64,000 bases of DNA from an uncultured delta proteobacterium (GTDB lineage Bacteria > Desulfobacterota > Desulfobacteria > Desulfobacterales > Desulfatirhabdiaceae), in the NCBI GenBank assembly GCA_963789395.1, contig CAWBKP010000014.1:256001-320000 (forward strand), written 5' to 3'. The translations under genes were made by a program, and so were the position numbers. Under the pieces are notes generated by a model. That model did not search any database and was not told the origin of the DNA. It saw nothing but the letters and a program-made list of their open reading frames with translations. The number at the start of each line of letters is the position of its first letter. The first letter of the stretch is position 1. Shown one piece after another: positions 32,807-43,394 of this stretch.

Positions 32807-34831
32807 TTAGGCCAAATGCAGCCATGTAATGGCAATATCAATTAGTTTGATGCCCAGAAAAGGGGCGATAATGCCGCCAAGCCCATAGATCAGAAGGTTC
32901 CGCCGCAGAATAGCCACCGCACCTTTGGGTCTGAAAGTAACTCCCCGCAGGGCGATCGGAATCAAGGCGATGATGATCAGCGCATTGAAGATAACCGCGC
33001 TTAATATGGCGCTCTGGGAAGAATGCAGATTCATCACGTTAAGTGCTGCGATTTGCGGGAACGTTGCAACCAGCATGGCAGGGATAATGGCAAAATACTT
33101 GGCAACGTCATTGGCTACACTGAATGTTGTCAGTGCCCCGCGGGTCATGAGCAGCTGTTTGCCGATTTCAACGATTTCAATAAGTTTTGTTGGATTTGAG
33201 TCCAGATCCACCATGTTTCCAGCTTCCTTGGCGGCCTGGGTGCCGCTGTTCATGGCTACACCGACATCTGCCTGGGCAAGGGCTGGCGCATCGTTTGTCC
33301 CATCGCCTGTCATGGCCACCAGATGTCCTGCAACCTGCTCGCGGCGGATAAGAGACAGTTTATCTTCGGGCCGGGCTTCAGCCAGAAAGTCATCCACGCC
33401 GGCCTCTTTGGCAATGGTCGCTGCGGTCAGCGGATTGTCGCCTGTTATCATGATTGTACGGATACCCATGGCCCGAAACCGCTTAAAACGATCTGGGAGC
33501 CCACCTTTTACGATATCCTTCAGATAGACGACTCCATAAACGTTTTGGGAACTGGCGACAACCAGCGGGGTTCCGCCCATCTGGGAGATCCGATCGACAT
33601 CGGACTCGACTTCAGCCGGCAGGGCAGAACCAATAAATCCTCGAATCGCGTCAGCTGCTCCTTTTCTGTATAGCTGATCATCCACATCAACACCGCTCAT
33701 TCGTGTCTTGGCTGTAAAGGGAACGAACTGGGCATGGCTCAGGTCATGAAGCTGCCGTCCGCTAAGTCCATAGCTCTTTGCCAGAAAAACGATGCTTTTT
33801 CCTTCCGGGGTTTCGTCTGCAAATGAGGCCAATTGTGCAACCGCAGCAAGCTCTTCAATTTTGATCCCTGGAGCCGGAAAAAATTCCGTGGCCTGACGAT
33901 TGCCCATGGTAATCGTTCCGGTTTTATCCAGAAGCAGCACGTCCACGTCGCCCGCCGCTTCCACAGCGCGACCACTCATGGCCAGCACATTTTTTTGGAC
34001 CAGCCGGTCAATTCCCGCTATGCCGATCGCGCTAAGGAGTCCCCCGATCGTTGTGGGAATGAGACAAACGAGCAGTGACACTAGAACCGGTATGGAAAAC
34101 GTAACATGGGAATAACCGCCAAAAGGCTTCAGCGTCATGATTACGATGAGGAATATAATCGTCAGTGCAGCCAGCAGGATGGTCAGTGCGATTTCATTTG
34201 GTGTTTTCTGACGGCTTGCGCCTTCTACCAGGGCAATCATGTGGTCCATGAAGCTCTCTCCAGGATTGGCGGTAACGCGCACGACGATTTCATCGGAAAG
34301 AACCCGGGTGCCCCCGGTTACAGCACTTCGGTCGCCTCCCGCCTCCCGAATCACCGGCGCGGACTCACCCGTGATGGCGGACTCATCAACCGTTGCAGCT
34401 CCTTCAATCACTTCGCCGTCCATCGAAATCACCTCTCCGGCTTTTACGACTATGATATCGTCCTTTCGAAGTGACTCTGCGGCAACCGGCTCCAACTGAC
34501 CGCCTTTGCTCCGTCGATTGGCCTGAGTCTGGGTTCGGGCCTTACGCAGTGTTGCGGCCTGTGCCTTGCCCCGTCCTTCGGCCATTGCTTCTGCAAAATT
34601 GGCGAACAACACGGTAAACCACAGCCAGATAGCGATCTGTAGAATAAATACTACTGGTTGGCCATCGAAGGGCGCTGCTGCCAGTTCCACGGTTGTGACA
34701 ATAGCCCCGATAAGGGTCACAAACATCACGGGGTTTCTCACCATGCCGCGAGGACTGAGTTTGCGAATAGCATTTGCGACCGCAGGAACAAGAATGGACT
34801 TATCAAAAATGGAATGCGCCTTAGTTGACAT
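32807..34831 (-). CDS. kdpB: K+-transporting ATPase subunit B
   Basis: [25 protein letters not shown] motifs. Confidence 0.97.
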   Translation of the reverse strand: MSTKAHSIFDKSILVPAVANAIRKLSPRGMVRNPVMFVTLIGAIVTTVELAAAPFDGQPVVFILQIAIWLWFTVLFANFAEAMAEGRGKAQAATLRKARTQTQANRRSKGGQLEPVAAESLRKDDIIVVKAGEVISMDGEVIEGAATVDESAITGESAPVIREAGGDRSAVTGGTRVLSDEIVVRVTANPGESFMDHMIALVEGASRQKTPNEIALTILLAALTIIFLIVIMTLKPFGGYSHVTFSIPVLVSLLVCLIPTTIGGLLSAIGIAGIDRLVQKNVLAMSGRAVEAAGDVDVLLLDKTGTITMGNRQATEFFPAPGIKIEELAAVAQLASFADETPEGKSIVFLAKSYGLSGRQLHDLSHAQFVPFTAKTRMSGVDVDDQLYRKGAADAIRGFIGSALPAEVESDVDRISQMGGTPLVVASSQNVYGVVYLKDIVKGGLPDRFKRFRAMGIRTIMITGDNPLTAATIAKEAGVDDFLAEARPEDKLSLIRREQVAGHLVAMTGDGTNDAPALAQADVGVAMNSGTQAAKEAGNMVDLDSNPTKLIEIVEIGKQLLMTRGALTTFSVANDVAKYFAIIPAMLVATFPQIAALNVMNLHSSQSAILSAVIFNALIIIALIPIALRGVTFRPKGAVAILRRNLLIYGLGGIIAPFLGIKLIDIAITWLHLA

Positions 34832-34840
34832 TTTTGCTCC

Positions 34841-36559
34841 TTAAAACAGATTGCTGGAATTCAACATCAGAAAATGTTCCACCACGGGTCCAAGGCTCAG
34901 GGCCGGCAGAAACGTAAGCGCCCCGACAAGCAGTATCGTTCCGACAAGAAGCAGCGTAAATGTCGGTCCGTATGCCGGAAAGCTGCCGGCGCTCTGGGGT
35001 ACAATCTTTTTTTTGGCAAGGCTGCCGGCAAGCGCCAGCACGGGGAGGATGACAAAAAATCGACCGCAAAGCATGGCTATCCCCAGTGTCGTATTGAACC
35101 AGGGGGTGTTGGCGGAAAGACCTGCAAACGCGCTGCCGTTGTTATTGATTGCAGAAGAAAATGCATACAGGATTTCGCTGAAACCGTGCGGCCCGCTGTT
35201 GTTTAAGCCTGCAATGCCCCACGGGCTGACCGTGGCCCAGGCGGTAAATCCGAGCAGCAGCACTGTGGGGATTAAAATGGCAAGTGCGGCAGCCTTGACA
35301 TCAAAGGCTTCGATTTTCTTTCCCAGATACTCAGGGGTGCGGCCGATCATCAAACCTGCAAGAAAAATCGACAGCACGACAAAGATCAACATGCCGTAAA
35401 GTCCTGAGCCAACTCCACCGAACGCCACCTCTCCCAATTGCATGTTAAACAGAGGTACCAGCCCACCCAAAGGTGTGAAGGAATCGTGCATCGCATTGAC
35501 AGCGCCGCATGATGCATCAGTTGTAATCGTTGCAAACAGAGCCGAATTGAAAATTCCGAAGCGGACTTCCTTTCCTTCCATATTGCCATAAGCCGCATCA
35601 ACACCCAGTGGTGTAAGACGGGGATTTCCCATGGATTCCGACCACCAGCAAACCAGAACACCTGCAAGAAAAAGCATGAACATGGCGGACCAGACGGACC
35701 AGCCATGTTTTTGATTCTTTACCATCCGTCCCAGGTAATAGGTCAGGCTGCTGGGGATTGCAAAGATCGCCAGCATTTGTAAAAAATTTGAAAGCGGTGT
35801 CGGATTTTCGTAAGGGTGTGCGGCATTGGCGTTCATGAAGCCGCCTCCATTGGTGCCCAGCATTTTTATTGCTACCTGGGAAGCTACTGGTCCCTGAGCA
35901 ATGGTTTGAACTGTTGCTGTATCGAGTGTTTTTGCTGCTGTGTATGGAGAAAAATTCTGGATCACTCCCTGAGAAACCAGAAAAACTGCAAACAACAGAC
36001 AAATAGGGAGATAAAGATAGAGACACTGGCGAATCAGATCCACCCAGAAATTGCCGATGCGTGCCGTCTTATCGCGGGCAATGCCTCGCACCAGCGCCGC
36101 GGCTACTGCGCATCCCACGGCGGACGATGCAAAATTATGAAAGGTAAGTGCGACCATCTGGGAAAAATATGACATTGTGCGCTCACCGGCATAGTTCTGC
36201 CAGTTGGTGTTTGTTGTAAAACTGGCACTTGTATTAAATGCCAGCTCCGGCGAAACCGGTCCGAATCCCTGAGGATTGAGAGGCAGTAACTGTTGAAGTC
36301 TCAATATGCCGTATGTAAACAGCATGCTAATGAAGCTGAAGATCAGAAGGGAATTTGCATAGCTTTTCCAGTCCTGTTCATCCCCCGGATTGATGCCGAG
36401 AAAACAATAAAACAGTCGCTCAATGGGCTTTAAAACAGGATCTAAAAATATCCTGGCGTCCGGATCGAATACACGCAACAGGTAAAGGCCAAGAGGCTTT
36501 GTCATGGCCGCAAGTGCTATGATGAAGACAAATAGTTGAAACACGTCCATCGGATTCAT
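34841..36559 (-). CDS. kdpA: K+-transporting ATPase subunit A
   Basis: TNTNWQ, GTNGGG, SCGAVN, NNGSAF selectivity-filter motifs. Confidence 0.97.
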   Translation of the reverse strand: MNPMDVFQLFVFIIALAAMTKPLGLYLLRVFDPDARIFLDPVLKPIERLFYCFLGINPGDEQDWKSYANSLLIFSFISMLFTYGILRLQQLLPLNPQGFGPVSPELAFNTSASFTTNTNWQNYAGERTMSYFSQMVALTFHNFASSAVGCAVAAALVRGIARDKTARIGNFWVDLIRQCLYLYLPICLLFAVFLVSQGVIQNFSPYTAAKTLDTATVQTIAQGPVASQVAIKMLGTNGGGFMNANAAHPYENPTPLSNFLQMLAIFAIPSSLTYYLGRMVKNQKHGWSVWSAMFMLFLAGVLVCWWSESMGNPRLTPLGVDAAYGNMEGKEVRFGIFNSALFATITTDASCGAVNAMHDSFTPLGGLVPLFNMQLGEVAFGGVGSGLYGMLIFVVLSIFLAGLMIGRTPEYLGKKIEAFDVKAAALAILIPTVLLLGFTAWATVSPWGIAGLNNSGPHGFSEILYAFSSAINNNGSAFAGLSANTPWFNTTLGIAMLCGRFFVILPVLALAGSLAKKKIVPQSAGSFPAYGPTFTLLLVGTILLVGALTFLPALSLGPVVEHFLMLNSSNLF

Positions 36560-36574
36560 AAATATCTCCTTTTT

Positions 36575-36658
36575 TCAGAATTTGTCAGGCCGTAAAAGCG
36601 CGACAAAGAGATATACGAGCAGACAAACAGAAACGAGACCCACAAGAATATCTTCCAT
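36575..36658 (-). CDS. kdpF: KdpF small membrane subunit (27 aa)
   Basis: MEDILVGLVSVCLLVYLFVALLRPDKF with the YL..ALL.P..F signature, directly upstream of kdpA. Confidence 0.9.
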   Translation of the reverse strand: MEDILVGLVSVCLLVYLFVALLRPDKF

Positions 36659-36744
36659 TACGGTTTCTCCCTGAAAAGGAAAAGAACGTAAACGCCACAC
36701 AGTCCAAAGAACAGCACTGTGATACCGATATAAACAGCATCCAT
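36658..36744 (-). CDS. Second small hydrophobic peptide upstream of kdpF (28 aa)
   Basis: RBS AAGGAG, MDAVYIGITVLFFGLCGVYVLFLFREKP; the stop overlaps the kdpF start (TAATG). Confidence 0.75.
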   Translation of the reverse strand: MDAVYIGITVLFFGLCGVYVLFLFREKP

Positions 36745-36817
36745 TTGAATCTCCTTCAACACATCAGGTAAATGACTAAAAACTGAAGAATTCCAATAAG
36801 TTCAGTCTGGCTTCTGG

Positions 36818-38635
36818 TTATACGGCAGCCTTTAGCGTAAATGAAAACCTGGTCCCTTTACCCATCTGACTAGAAACGTCAATGAGTCCGCCGTGGTTTT
36901 CGACAATTTCCTTGGCAATGGCAAGTCCCAAGCCTGTATCGCAGCGCCGATCCTGCTCTGGAACACAGAAGAATTTTTCAAAGATATGTGGCAGGTACTC
37001 TTCCGGAATTCCCGAGCCTGAGTCCTCAACAGTAAATCGGACCGTGCTCTCCTCAGAATGTGCGGTTATGCTAACCCGGCCGCCTGCGGACGTGTGTTTA
37101 AGTGCATTGCTCAGCAGGTTCTCAAATACATATCGGATGCGCAGCTCATCAGCCATAACCGGAGGGGTGCCCAGCTGTACATCAATATCAAGCGTGACCC
37201 CGTGATCCAAATAAGCGGTTCGCATCGCGTCAACAGAATTTAGAACCAACTGTTCTGCTGTCACAGGATGAAGTTGCATTCCCGATTGTCCTGATTCCAT
37301 CCGACTGATATCGAGCAAATTCTCAATGATCCGGTATAACCGGTCACTGTCTTCACGGGCTGTGGACAGGATTTCGATCTGTTTGGACGTCAGCGGGCCA
37401 AGTTTATCGCTTAACAGCACGTGCATTGCCAGCCGAATAGAAGTCAGCGGTGTTTTCAGCTGATGAGAAACCGTTGAAATCAATCCACGCTTTAATTCGT
37501 CCAGCTGGCGTATACACGTGAAATCCCTTAGAATGAGAGTAACACCTATTAATCGGGTTTCTTTTTCAAGAATCGGAATGGCTTCCGGCATAAAAAAAAG
37601 CTCTTCGCCATCCTGAAAGACCTGCACAAGGTCATCCGGGTTATTAGACCGAGTGGTTCGCAACTCGCCAGAAGCACGGGAGAATATTTCTTTGATTTTC
37701 TCACTTCCCGAAGCATCAACCGTACTTTCCGCCTTCAGTCCGAAGAGTCTTCGGGCCGCATCGTTTGCCATCTCGATTTCTCCATTCGGGCTGCAGATGG
37801 CAACAGCATCGGAAAGACTTTCAAGTGCAAGTTGCGTGGAGTACTGTGTGCGAAGCAGGAGCGCATGATCGTTTCGCCGAAACTTGCGCAGACTTTGAGC
37901 CATTTCATTAAACGCTTCTGCCAGTTGCCCCATCTCGTCTCTCGAATGAACGTTGACGACAAGGTCCAGATTTCCCTGCTTGATGTCGTGAACAGATCGC
38001 ATCAGGCCGGCAATCGGGCGGAAAATAGCCGGCCAGATTAAAAGGATGAAGACAACCGCAAGCGTGAATCCTGTGAATACCAGAAACAGGAGTGTTCGAC
38101 GGGTCTCAATGGCTCTAAGGCGCGTCTGTCCATCCACGGCGACCATATTGTTCAGATTGATATCGATGATTTTCTGAGCCGTATTGCGTAGTTCATCCGA
38201 ACACAGCAGAAGGCGGTTATGAAAATGGTCCAACCGCACATTTGCCGAATCCAAAGGCTTCAGGATTTCGTTAAATTCTTCCCGATATATCTTCCATTGT
38301 TCGGTCAAGCGTTCAGTCAACGCCTGCTCCCCTGATACAGTTACATTCTGTTGCTGGAATTGAAGGTTTTTTTCAAAATCGAGGCTGATAGCTTCGCTCT
38401 GGGCAGATGCGTCTTTAGGTATTTCCAACAGGGAATTCATCGCGATGCGATCCAGCTGATCGATGTTGCTTTTCATGCCATAACAGGCAACCACACTGTC
38501 ATAGTTCTCCCGAATAATTTGTTCGATGGCTTTACTGAAATCATTCGCAGTCCGGATACTCATTATGCCGACGACCAGCAGAATCGCCAATAACCCACAG
38601 AAACCAATGATCAATTTTGTCTTTAGACTCATCAT
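36818..38635 (-). CDS. HAMP/PAS sensor histidine kinase
   Basis: Two TMs, ENY.S periplasmic motif, HAMP, SHQLKTPL H-box, NALKH, GLGL. Confidence 0.92.
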   Translation of the reverse strand: MMSLKTKLIIGFCGLLAILLVVGIMSIRTANDFSKAIEQIIRENYDSVVACYGMKSNIDQLDRIAMNSLLEIPKDASAQSEAISLDFEKNLQFQQQNVTVSGEQALTERLTEQWKIYREEFNEILKPLDSANVRLDHFHNRLLLCSDELRNTAQKIIDINLNNMVAVDGQTRLRAIETRRTLLFLVFTGFTLAVVFILLIWPAIFRPIAGLMRSVHDIKQGNLDLVVNVHSRDEMGQLAEAFNEMAQSLRKFRRNDHALLLRTQYSTQLALESLSDAVAICSPNGEIEMANDAARRLFGLKAESTVDASGSEKIKEIFSRASGELRTTRSNNPDDLVQVFQDGEELFFMPEAIPILEKETRLIGVTLILRDFTCIRQLDELKRGLISTVSHQLKTPLTSIRLAMHVLLSDKLGPLTSKQIEILSTAREDSDRLYRIIENLLDISRMESGQSGMQLHPVTAEQLVLNSVDAMRTAYLDHGVTLDIDVQLGTPPVMADELRIRYVFENLLSNALKHTSAGGRVSITAHSEESTVRFTVEDSGSGIPEEYLPHIFEKFFCVPEQDRRCDTGLGLAIAKEIVENHGGLIDVSSQMGKGTRFSFTLKAAV

Positions 38636-38672
38636 ATTGCCTCTCCTTCACATAGATAGCGTTTATGAGAGA

Positions 38673-38688
38673 TGCAAGTCAGGTGCCA
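38673..38688 (-). promoter_or_regulatory. Sigma-54 -24/-12 promoter
   Basis: TGGCAC-CTGAC-TTGCA, a consensus match 38 nt upstream of the kinase that heads the kinase-kdp run. Candidate activator sites TTGCAGAGATGCA (38741) and TTGCAAAATGAAA (about 38797). Confidence 0.85.
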
Positions 38689-38827
38689 GAAAACAACAGT
38701 AGAAAATCATAAGGTATATCGAATGGTTGTGAAAAATATTTTGCAGAGATGCAGGGGGAGAGGATTTCAAATTTCAGGAAAGAACAGGCCAAGACATTGC
38801 AAAATGAAAGGGGTCGGATGGCCGAGT

Positions 38828-40186
38828 TTAAATGCCGTATTGTTTCCGGCGCCGCCAGAGAGTCACCGGATCCATCCCCAGTACTTTTGCAGCCTCTTCA
38901 AATGATTTTGTGGAAGCAAGAATGCGGCGGATGTGGAGTTCTTCGATTTTTTCAAGTGAAACCAGATCGCCGACATTGGGTGTCAGCTCTGTTGATTTCA
39001 CCCGCATCGGCAAATGTGCCGCGTGGATATCGGCTCCATTTGATAGAAGAACCGCGCGTTCTATGGCGTTACGCAATTCGCGAACATTGCCTGGCCATTC
39101 GTAGGCCCTGAGGGCATCTCGCGCATCATCTGTCAGATGCAGCACTCCCCGGTGGTTCTGAAGGGCAAAAAAAACCAGGAGACTTTCGGCAAGCGGCAGA
39201 ATGTCTTCGTTGCGGTCCCGAAGCGGCGGAACTGAAATTTCCACAACATTCAACCGATAAAAGAGATCTTCACGAAATCGCCCATCCTTAACCGCTGTTT
39301 CCAGATTAATGTTTGTTGCGGCGATAACGCGAACATCTGCTTTGAAGGTGAGCACATCTCCCACCCGTTCATATGCTTTTTCCTGAAGAAACCGCAGCAG
39401 TTTGGGCTGGAGCGGCAATGGCAACTCTCCAATTTCATCCAGCAAAAGCGTTCCACCCGTGCAGGCTGCGATCCGTCCGGGAGCATCACGCAGCGCACCA
39501 GTAAACGCGCCTTTCACATGTCCGAAAAGCTCGCTCTCAAGAAGGTCCGGCGACAGTGATGGGCAAGAGACCGCACCGAATGGCTTTGCGGCGCGTCGAC
39601 TCCAGGAATGCATGGCGCGTGCAAGAATCGTCTTACCAGTCCCACTTTCGCCACTGATTAGAATCGTTGCATCGCTGTCAGCTACCTGGCGGGCCATTGC
39701 CAGGGTACGCTGCATGGCAGGGCTTGGACACGCCAGATCAGCTTCTGGAACTTCTGCGTTCAAAGCCCTCTGCAGCGTTTCCACCTTTTGTTCCAGCAAA
39801 CGCACTTCGGATACTTTTTGGACTAGAAGGGCAACATGTTCATGGGTGAATGGTTTCGGAAGATAATCAAAAGCGCCTCGTCGCATAGCTTCGACAGCCG
39901 AATCAATGGAGGCATATGCAGTAATGACAACAATCTTCAACCAGGGGCAGCCTGCCAACAGGGCTGGAATCAGTTCCATCCCGGATTCGGCTCCAAGTCG
40001 CAAATCAACAAATGCCAGATCAAAAAAGCGCAGGTTCGATTCATTCAAAGCATCTCGAGTATTTCCGACAGCCGAAACCAGGTGCCCTTCCGCCTCAAGA
40101 GCTATGGACAGTACCTTGCGGATATTGGGCTCATCATCCACAACGAGGATGGCAAGAGGTTTCGGACTTTTACCAGAGAAATCCAT
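38828..40186 (-). CDS. NtrC-family sigma-54 response regulator
   Basis: Receiver, GESGTGKT, GAFTGA, WPGNVREL, HTH. Confidence 0.93.
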   Translation of the reverse strand: MDFSGKSPKPLAILVVDDEPNIRKVLSIALEAEGHLVSAVGNTRDALNESNLRFFDLAFVDLRLGAESGMELIPALLAGCPWLKIVVITAYASIDSAVEAMRRGAFDYLPKPFTHEHVALLVQKVSEVRLLEQKVETLQRALNAEVPEADLACPSPAMQRTLAMARQVADSDATILISGESGTGKTILARAMHSWSRRAAKPFGAVSCPSLSPDLLESELFGHVKGAFTGALRDAPGRIAACTGGTLLLDEIGELPLPLQPKLLRFLQEKAYERVGDVLTFKADVRVIAATNINLETAVKDGRFREDLFYRLNVVEISVPPLRDRNEDILPLAESLLVFFALQNHRGVLHLTDDARDALRAYEWPGNVRELRNAIERAVLLSNGADIHAAHLPMRVKSTELTPNVGDLVSLEKIEELHIRRILASTKSFEEAAKVLGMDPVTLWRRRKQYGI

Positions 40187-40346
40187 TTCAAATCCTGTTA
40201 TGACGTTATCTTTCTTTCATCGGTAAAAAATTACATCAATCATTGTGTGTAAAAAACCGCAAAATCGTTTTTCGCCCCAAAATCGGCACTGGCATTGGAC
40301 TGGTGCAATCTGTCGACAGGTTATAGAAGAAGCCCTTATACTTATC

Positions 40347-40431
40347 ACTGAACGATCGAATGCTATGCACCGCTGACCCGATTATTAAGGTATGAAATCA
40401 GGCGCCTGCAACGTAGATTTAGACGTTACGC
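40347..40431 (-). mobile_element. Degenerate attC-like imperfect palindrome (85 bp)
   Basis: Minus strand GCGTAAC-GTCTAAATCTACGTTGCA...TGCATAGCATTCGATC-GTTCAGT, starting 5 nt after the stop of the upstream gene. Confidence 0.4.
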
Positions 40432-40436
40432 CATTC

Positions 40437-41156
40437 TTAATTTAAATCCCGCTTGCCACCCCCGTGCTGTCCTGCAGGCTCCTCCATGTCCGGTCCAAGA
40501 TCGATCTTGCCGAATTTGTCCCAGGAAGTAGTCCTCTCCAGGTTTGCCTGGGCAGGTTTGAAAGTAGGATCGATATTCAGCGCCGCACGATAGAATTTCT
40601 GTGCACCCAACCAGTCACGATTGATCTCAAGCAACGCTCCAAGAAGGTTATATGCCTCTGGTTGGGCCGGATCAACTGCGATGGCTTTACGGACAATTTC
40701 ACGGGAGATGGCGAAATTTCTGTCCGAGATATTACGCTTGGTCAGTTCGATCAGTGAACGGTAATCAACTGCATTCGCTTCATCCATCGACTCACGCTTC
40801 ATCACCAATGTTACCAGTTCCCGAATTTCGCCTGGACTGAAGGGCTTTTGAATGAAGTCCACGGCACCGAGCTTCATGGCCTCTACCGCGGATTCGATGG
40901 ATCCGTGAGCGGTGATGATGATCACTCGGGTTTTAGGCCACTTCTCTTTGATTCGTCGCAGGGTCTCCATTCCATCCATTCCTGGCATCTTCAAGTCAAG
41001 TAACACTAGTCCAAAGGTTTTTTCACTCAGCTTCTGAAGTGCATCTTCGCCGTTCACCGCTGCCTGAACCGGAAATTCAAGGGGTTCCAATGATCGGGAC
41101 AAGGTCAGACGGATGTTTTTTTCATCGTCTACGACCAGAATCGGTTTGTTTTCCAT
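40437..41156 (-). CDS. Response regulator with C-terminal TPR-like domain
   Basis: Receiver domain, then PEAYNLLGALLE...YRAALNIDPTFKPA..NL. Confidence 0.88.
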   Translation of the reverse strand: MENKPILVVDDEKNIRLTLSRSLEPLEFPVQAAVNGEDALQKLSEKTFGLVLLDLKMPGMDGMETLRRIKEKWPKTRVIIITAHGSIESAVEAMKLGAVDFIQKPFSPGEIRELVTLVMKRESMDEANAVDYRSLIELTKRNISDRNFAISREIVRKAIAVDPAQPEAYNLLGALLEINRDWLGAQKFYRAALNIDPTFKPAQANLERTTSWDKFGKIDLGPDMEEPAGQHGGGKRDLN

Positions 41157-41165
41157 GGGCTTCTC

Positions 41166-42998
41166 CTATAGGACCACCGGCAAATTGAACGTAAAGGTGC
41201 TGCCTTGTTTATTGGATGAATCCAACCAGATCGCGCCGCCGTGAGCGCGCACGATCTCCCGGCAGATGGCAAGCCCCAGGCCTGTTCCTCCGGCTTCCCG
41301 TCCCTTTACCTGGACAAATTTCTGAAAAATCCTGGATTGATATTCCGGGGGGATTCCCGGCCCGTCGTCACGAACGGATATGTGTATGTGCGGATCGACC
41401 CAGTGCGCCACCAGTTCAATATGGCCGCCCTTGTTCACATATCGAAGGGCATTGGAGATCAGGTTGATAAGTACCCGGGAAATCTTGTTTACATCCGCTC
41501 GAACCATTGGCATATCGTCATCGAGCTCCGATGTTAGCCTGATCTCCTTCATTTCCATCTGGCTTTTGAAAAACGTCCGCATCTGGTCAAAAAGGGTTTG
41601 GACCGGAACGCTTTCTATCTCCAATGCGAATTTGCCTGCTTCGAGCTTGGACAAATCGAGCAAATCATTGACCAGTGCCTTCATCCGATGCACTTCCTCG
41701 TGAGCCGCCTGCAAGAGTTCCCGGTCTTTTTCGTCAAGCCCTTTTGCACCATTTTCCAGCAACAGATCAACGCTCATGCTAAGACTGGTCAGAGGTGTCC
41801 GTAATTCGTGAGAGGCTGCCATGACGAATTCTCTTTTGAGCCGTTCCACTTCTTGCAGTCGCGTTACATCCTTGAGCAGGAGCACGCTACCGGACAGTTT
41901 GTGGTCTTTCCCGCGAACGGCTGTAACGGAAAACAAATAGTGCCGGGATGATTCTGCCTCAGGGAGGGTGATTATCCGGTGTTCATCTGGAATGCAGGGT
42001 TGTACTCCGGTTTCGACGGTCTTACGGATCATATCGTTAACGTTTGTGCCTGGAAAAATGTCATCGCACTGCAAAGAGAAAGTATCGGTCAGATCCAACC
42101 CCAGTATCCGGCTTGCGGCCGGGTTGATGCCCGTAACCATTAAAGAGGTGTCGAAGATCACCATGCCGTCCTCAATACTGGATAGAATCGCTTCAGCCTT
42201 GTTTTTTTCCGATACAATCTGCTCGATGTTCATCTCGTTGTAACGGTGGAGCTGGACTACCATTTGGTTAAACTCTCCAGCCAGACTGCCCAACTCATCA
42301 CCAGTTTCAACGGGCACCTTCACGGAAAAGTCGCCAGCTGAAATCTTCCTGGCTGCTTCCATAAAACTCCGAATTGGACTGGTGATCCGTTCCGAAAGAA
42401 TCAGGCTGAATATAAGGGTTACAATCAACGCCAGAAACGCCACAATCGATGTAGACCAGATGTCGTGCTTGACCATGATGCCAGCTTTCGACCTGGCAGT
42501 GTACAGGGTGTCCTCATTGAGGTTACGCAAACTTACGCACACCTCGCGCACCTTGTTGAATAGGGGGTAGATCGTATCCTGATAATATGATGGCCGTAAA
42601 GGCGGTTCTGCGGTAACAATCAAATCGGACAGCGCGGAAAACTGACGGCTGTAGGCCGTGTAATCAGATTTGATGGATTGGACAAGTTCCGCCTCACCAT
42701 CAATCGTAATATTGTTCTTGGCACGAGCCAACCACTCAAGAAAGACAGCCTCATTTTCCAGAAACTGGGTAGACCCTTTCTCAACATCGCCAAGGAAAAG
42801 AAGCAATGTTGCGCTGTCTTGGCGCTCTAATGCGGCCACCATGTTCTCGGCGGCAATGATGCTTCGGTAATTTTCGATCAGGATAGCATCTGTCGCATTT
42901 CCAAGGGATACCAGATTTATAATAGCCCACGTGACCACTATCCCCATAAAAGCGAAAGCAATACCATATCCAATCAATATTTTCTTTTTCAGAGTCAA
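41166..42998 (-). CDS. HAMP/PAS sensor histidine kinase
   Basis: Same architecture as 36818..38635 (ENYRS, HAMP, SHELRTPL, NALRY, GTGLGL). Start placed at TTG 42998 (TLKKKILIGY); uncertain. Confidence 0.9.
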   Translation of the reverse strand: MTLKKKILIGYGIAFAFMGIVVTWAIINLVSLGNATDAILIENYRSIIAAENMVAALERQDSATLLLFLGDVEKGSTQFLENEAVFLEWLARAKNNITIDGEAELVQSIKSDYTAYSRQFSALSDLIVTAEPPLRPSYYQDTIYPLFNKVREVCVSLRNLNEDTLYTARSKAGIMVKHDIWSTSIVAFLALIVTLIFSLILSERITSPIRSFMEAARKISAGDFSVKVPVETGDELGSLAGEFNQMVVQLHRYNEMNIEQIVSEKNKAEAILSSIEDGMVIFDTSLMVTGINPAASRILGLDLTDTFSLQCDDIFPGTNVNDMIRKTVETGVQPCIPDEHRIITLPEAESSRHYLFSVTAVRGKDHKLSGSVLLLKDVTRLQEVERLKREFVMAASHELRTPLTSLSMSVDLLLENGAKGLDEKDRELLQAAHEEVHRMKALVNDLLDLSKLEAGKFALEIESVPVQTLFDQMRTFFKSQMEMKEIRLTSELDDDMPMVRADVNKISRVLINLISNALRYVNKGGHIELVAHWVDPHIHISVRDDGPGIPPEYQSRIFQKFVQVKGREAGGTGLGLAICREIVRAHGGAIWLDSSNKQGSTFTFNLPVVL

Positions 42999-43343
42999 AG
43001 GGCACAATCTTTCATTCACCCCACCAAGTACAACTTGAGTTGGAGAAACATCTGTGACAATCTGCAAGATGTCAATTTTGGACTATCGCTGTTTTGTATG
43101 GACGACCTACCCGAATTAGAGAGGAAGCATATTTGAAATGTCAACCATTCTTGCCATATATGCATGAGTCTTTATTTCCGGGTTTTTATTCATGCTTATT
43201 TCTAATATCATTAACCATAGCCGAACTGGACGGCAGTCGTCAAAACATTTGAACAACCCCATGAACGAAGGCTGGGTCTCTGGCCGGTTCCTCGACCCAG
43301 TTATTCCAAAGACCGTGTTCCCGTATCAATCAAGAATTATGTT

Positions 43344-43390
43344 GGTATCCATGAGAAAAACGCGAAGTGACTACTCAACATTCGGATAAC
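43344..43390 (-). repeat. Module-border repeat, copy 5 of 6 (extended homology about 43150-43390)
   Basis: GGTAT CCATG AGAAAA ACGC GAAGTGACTA CTCAACA TTCGGATAAC. Confidence 0.9.
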
Positions 43391-43394
43391 TATC

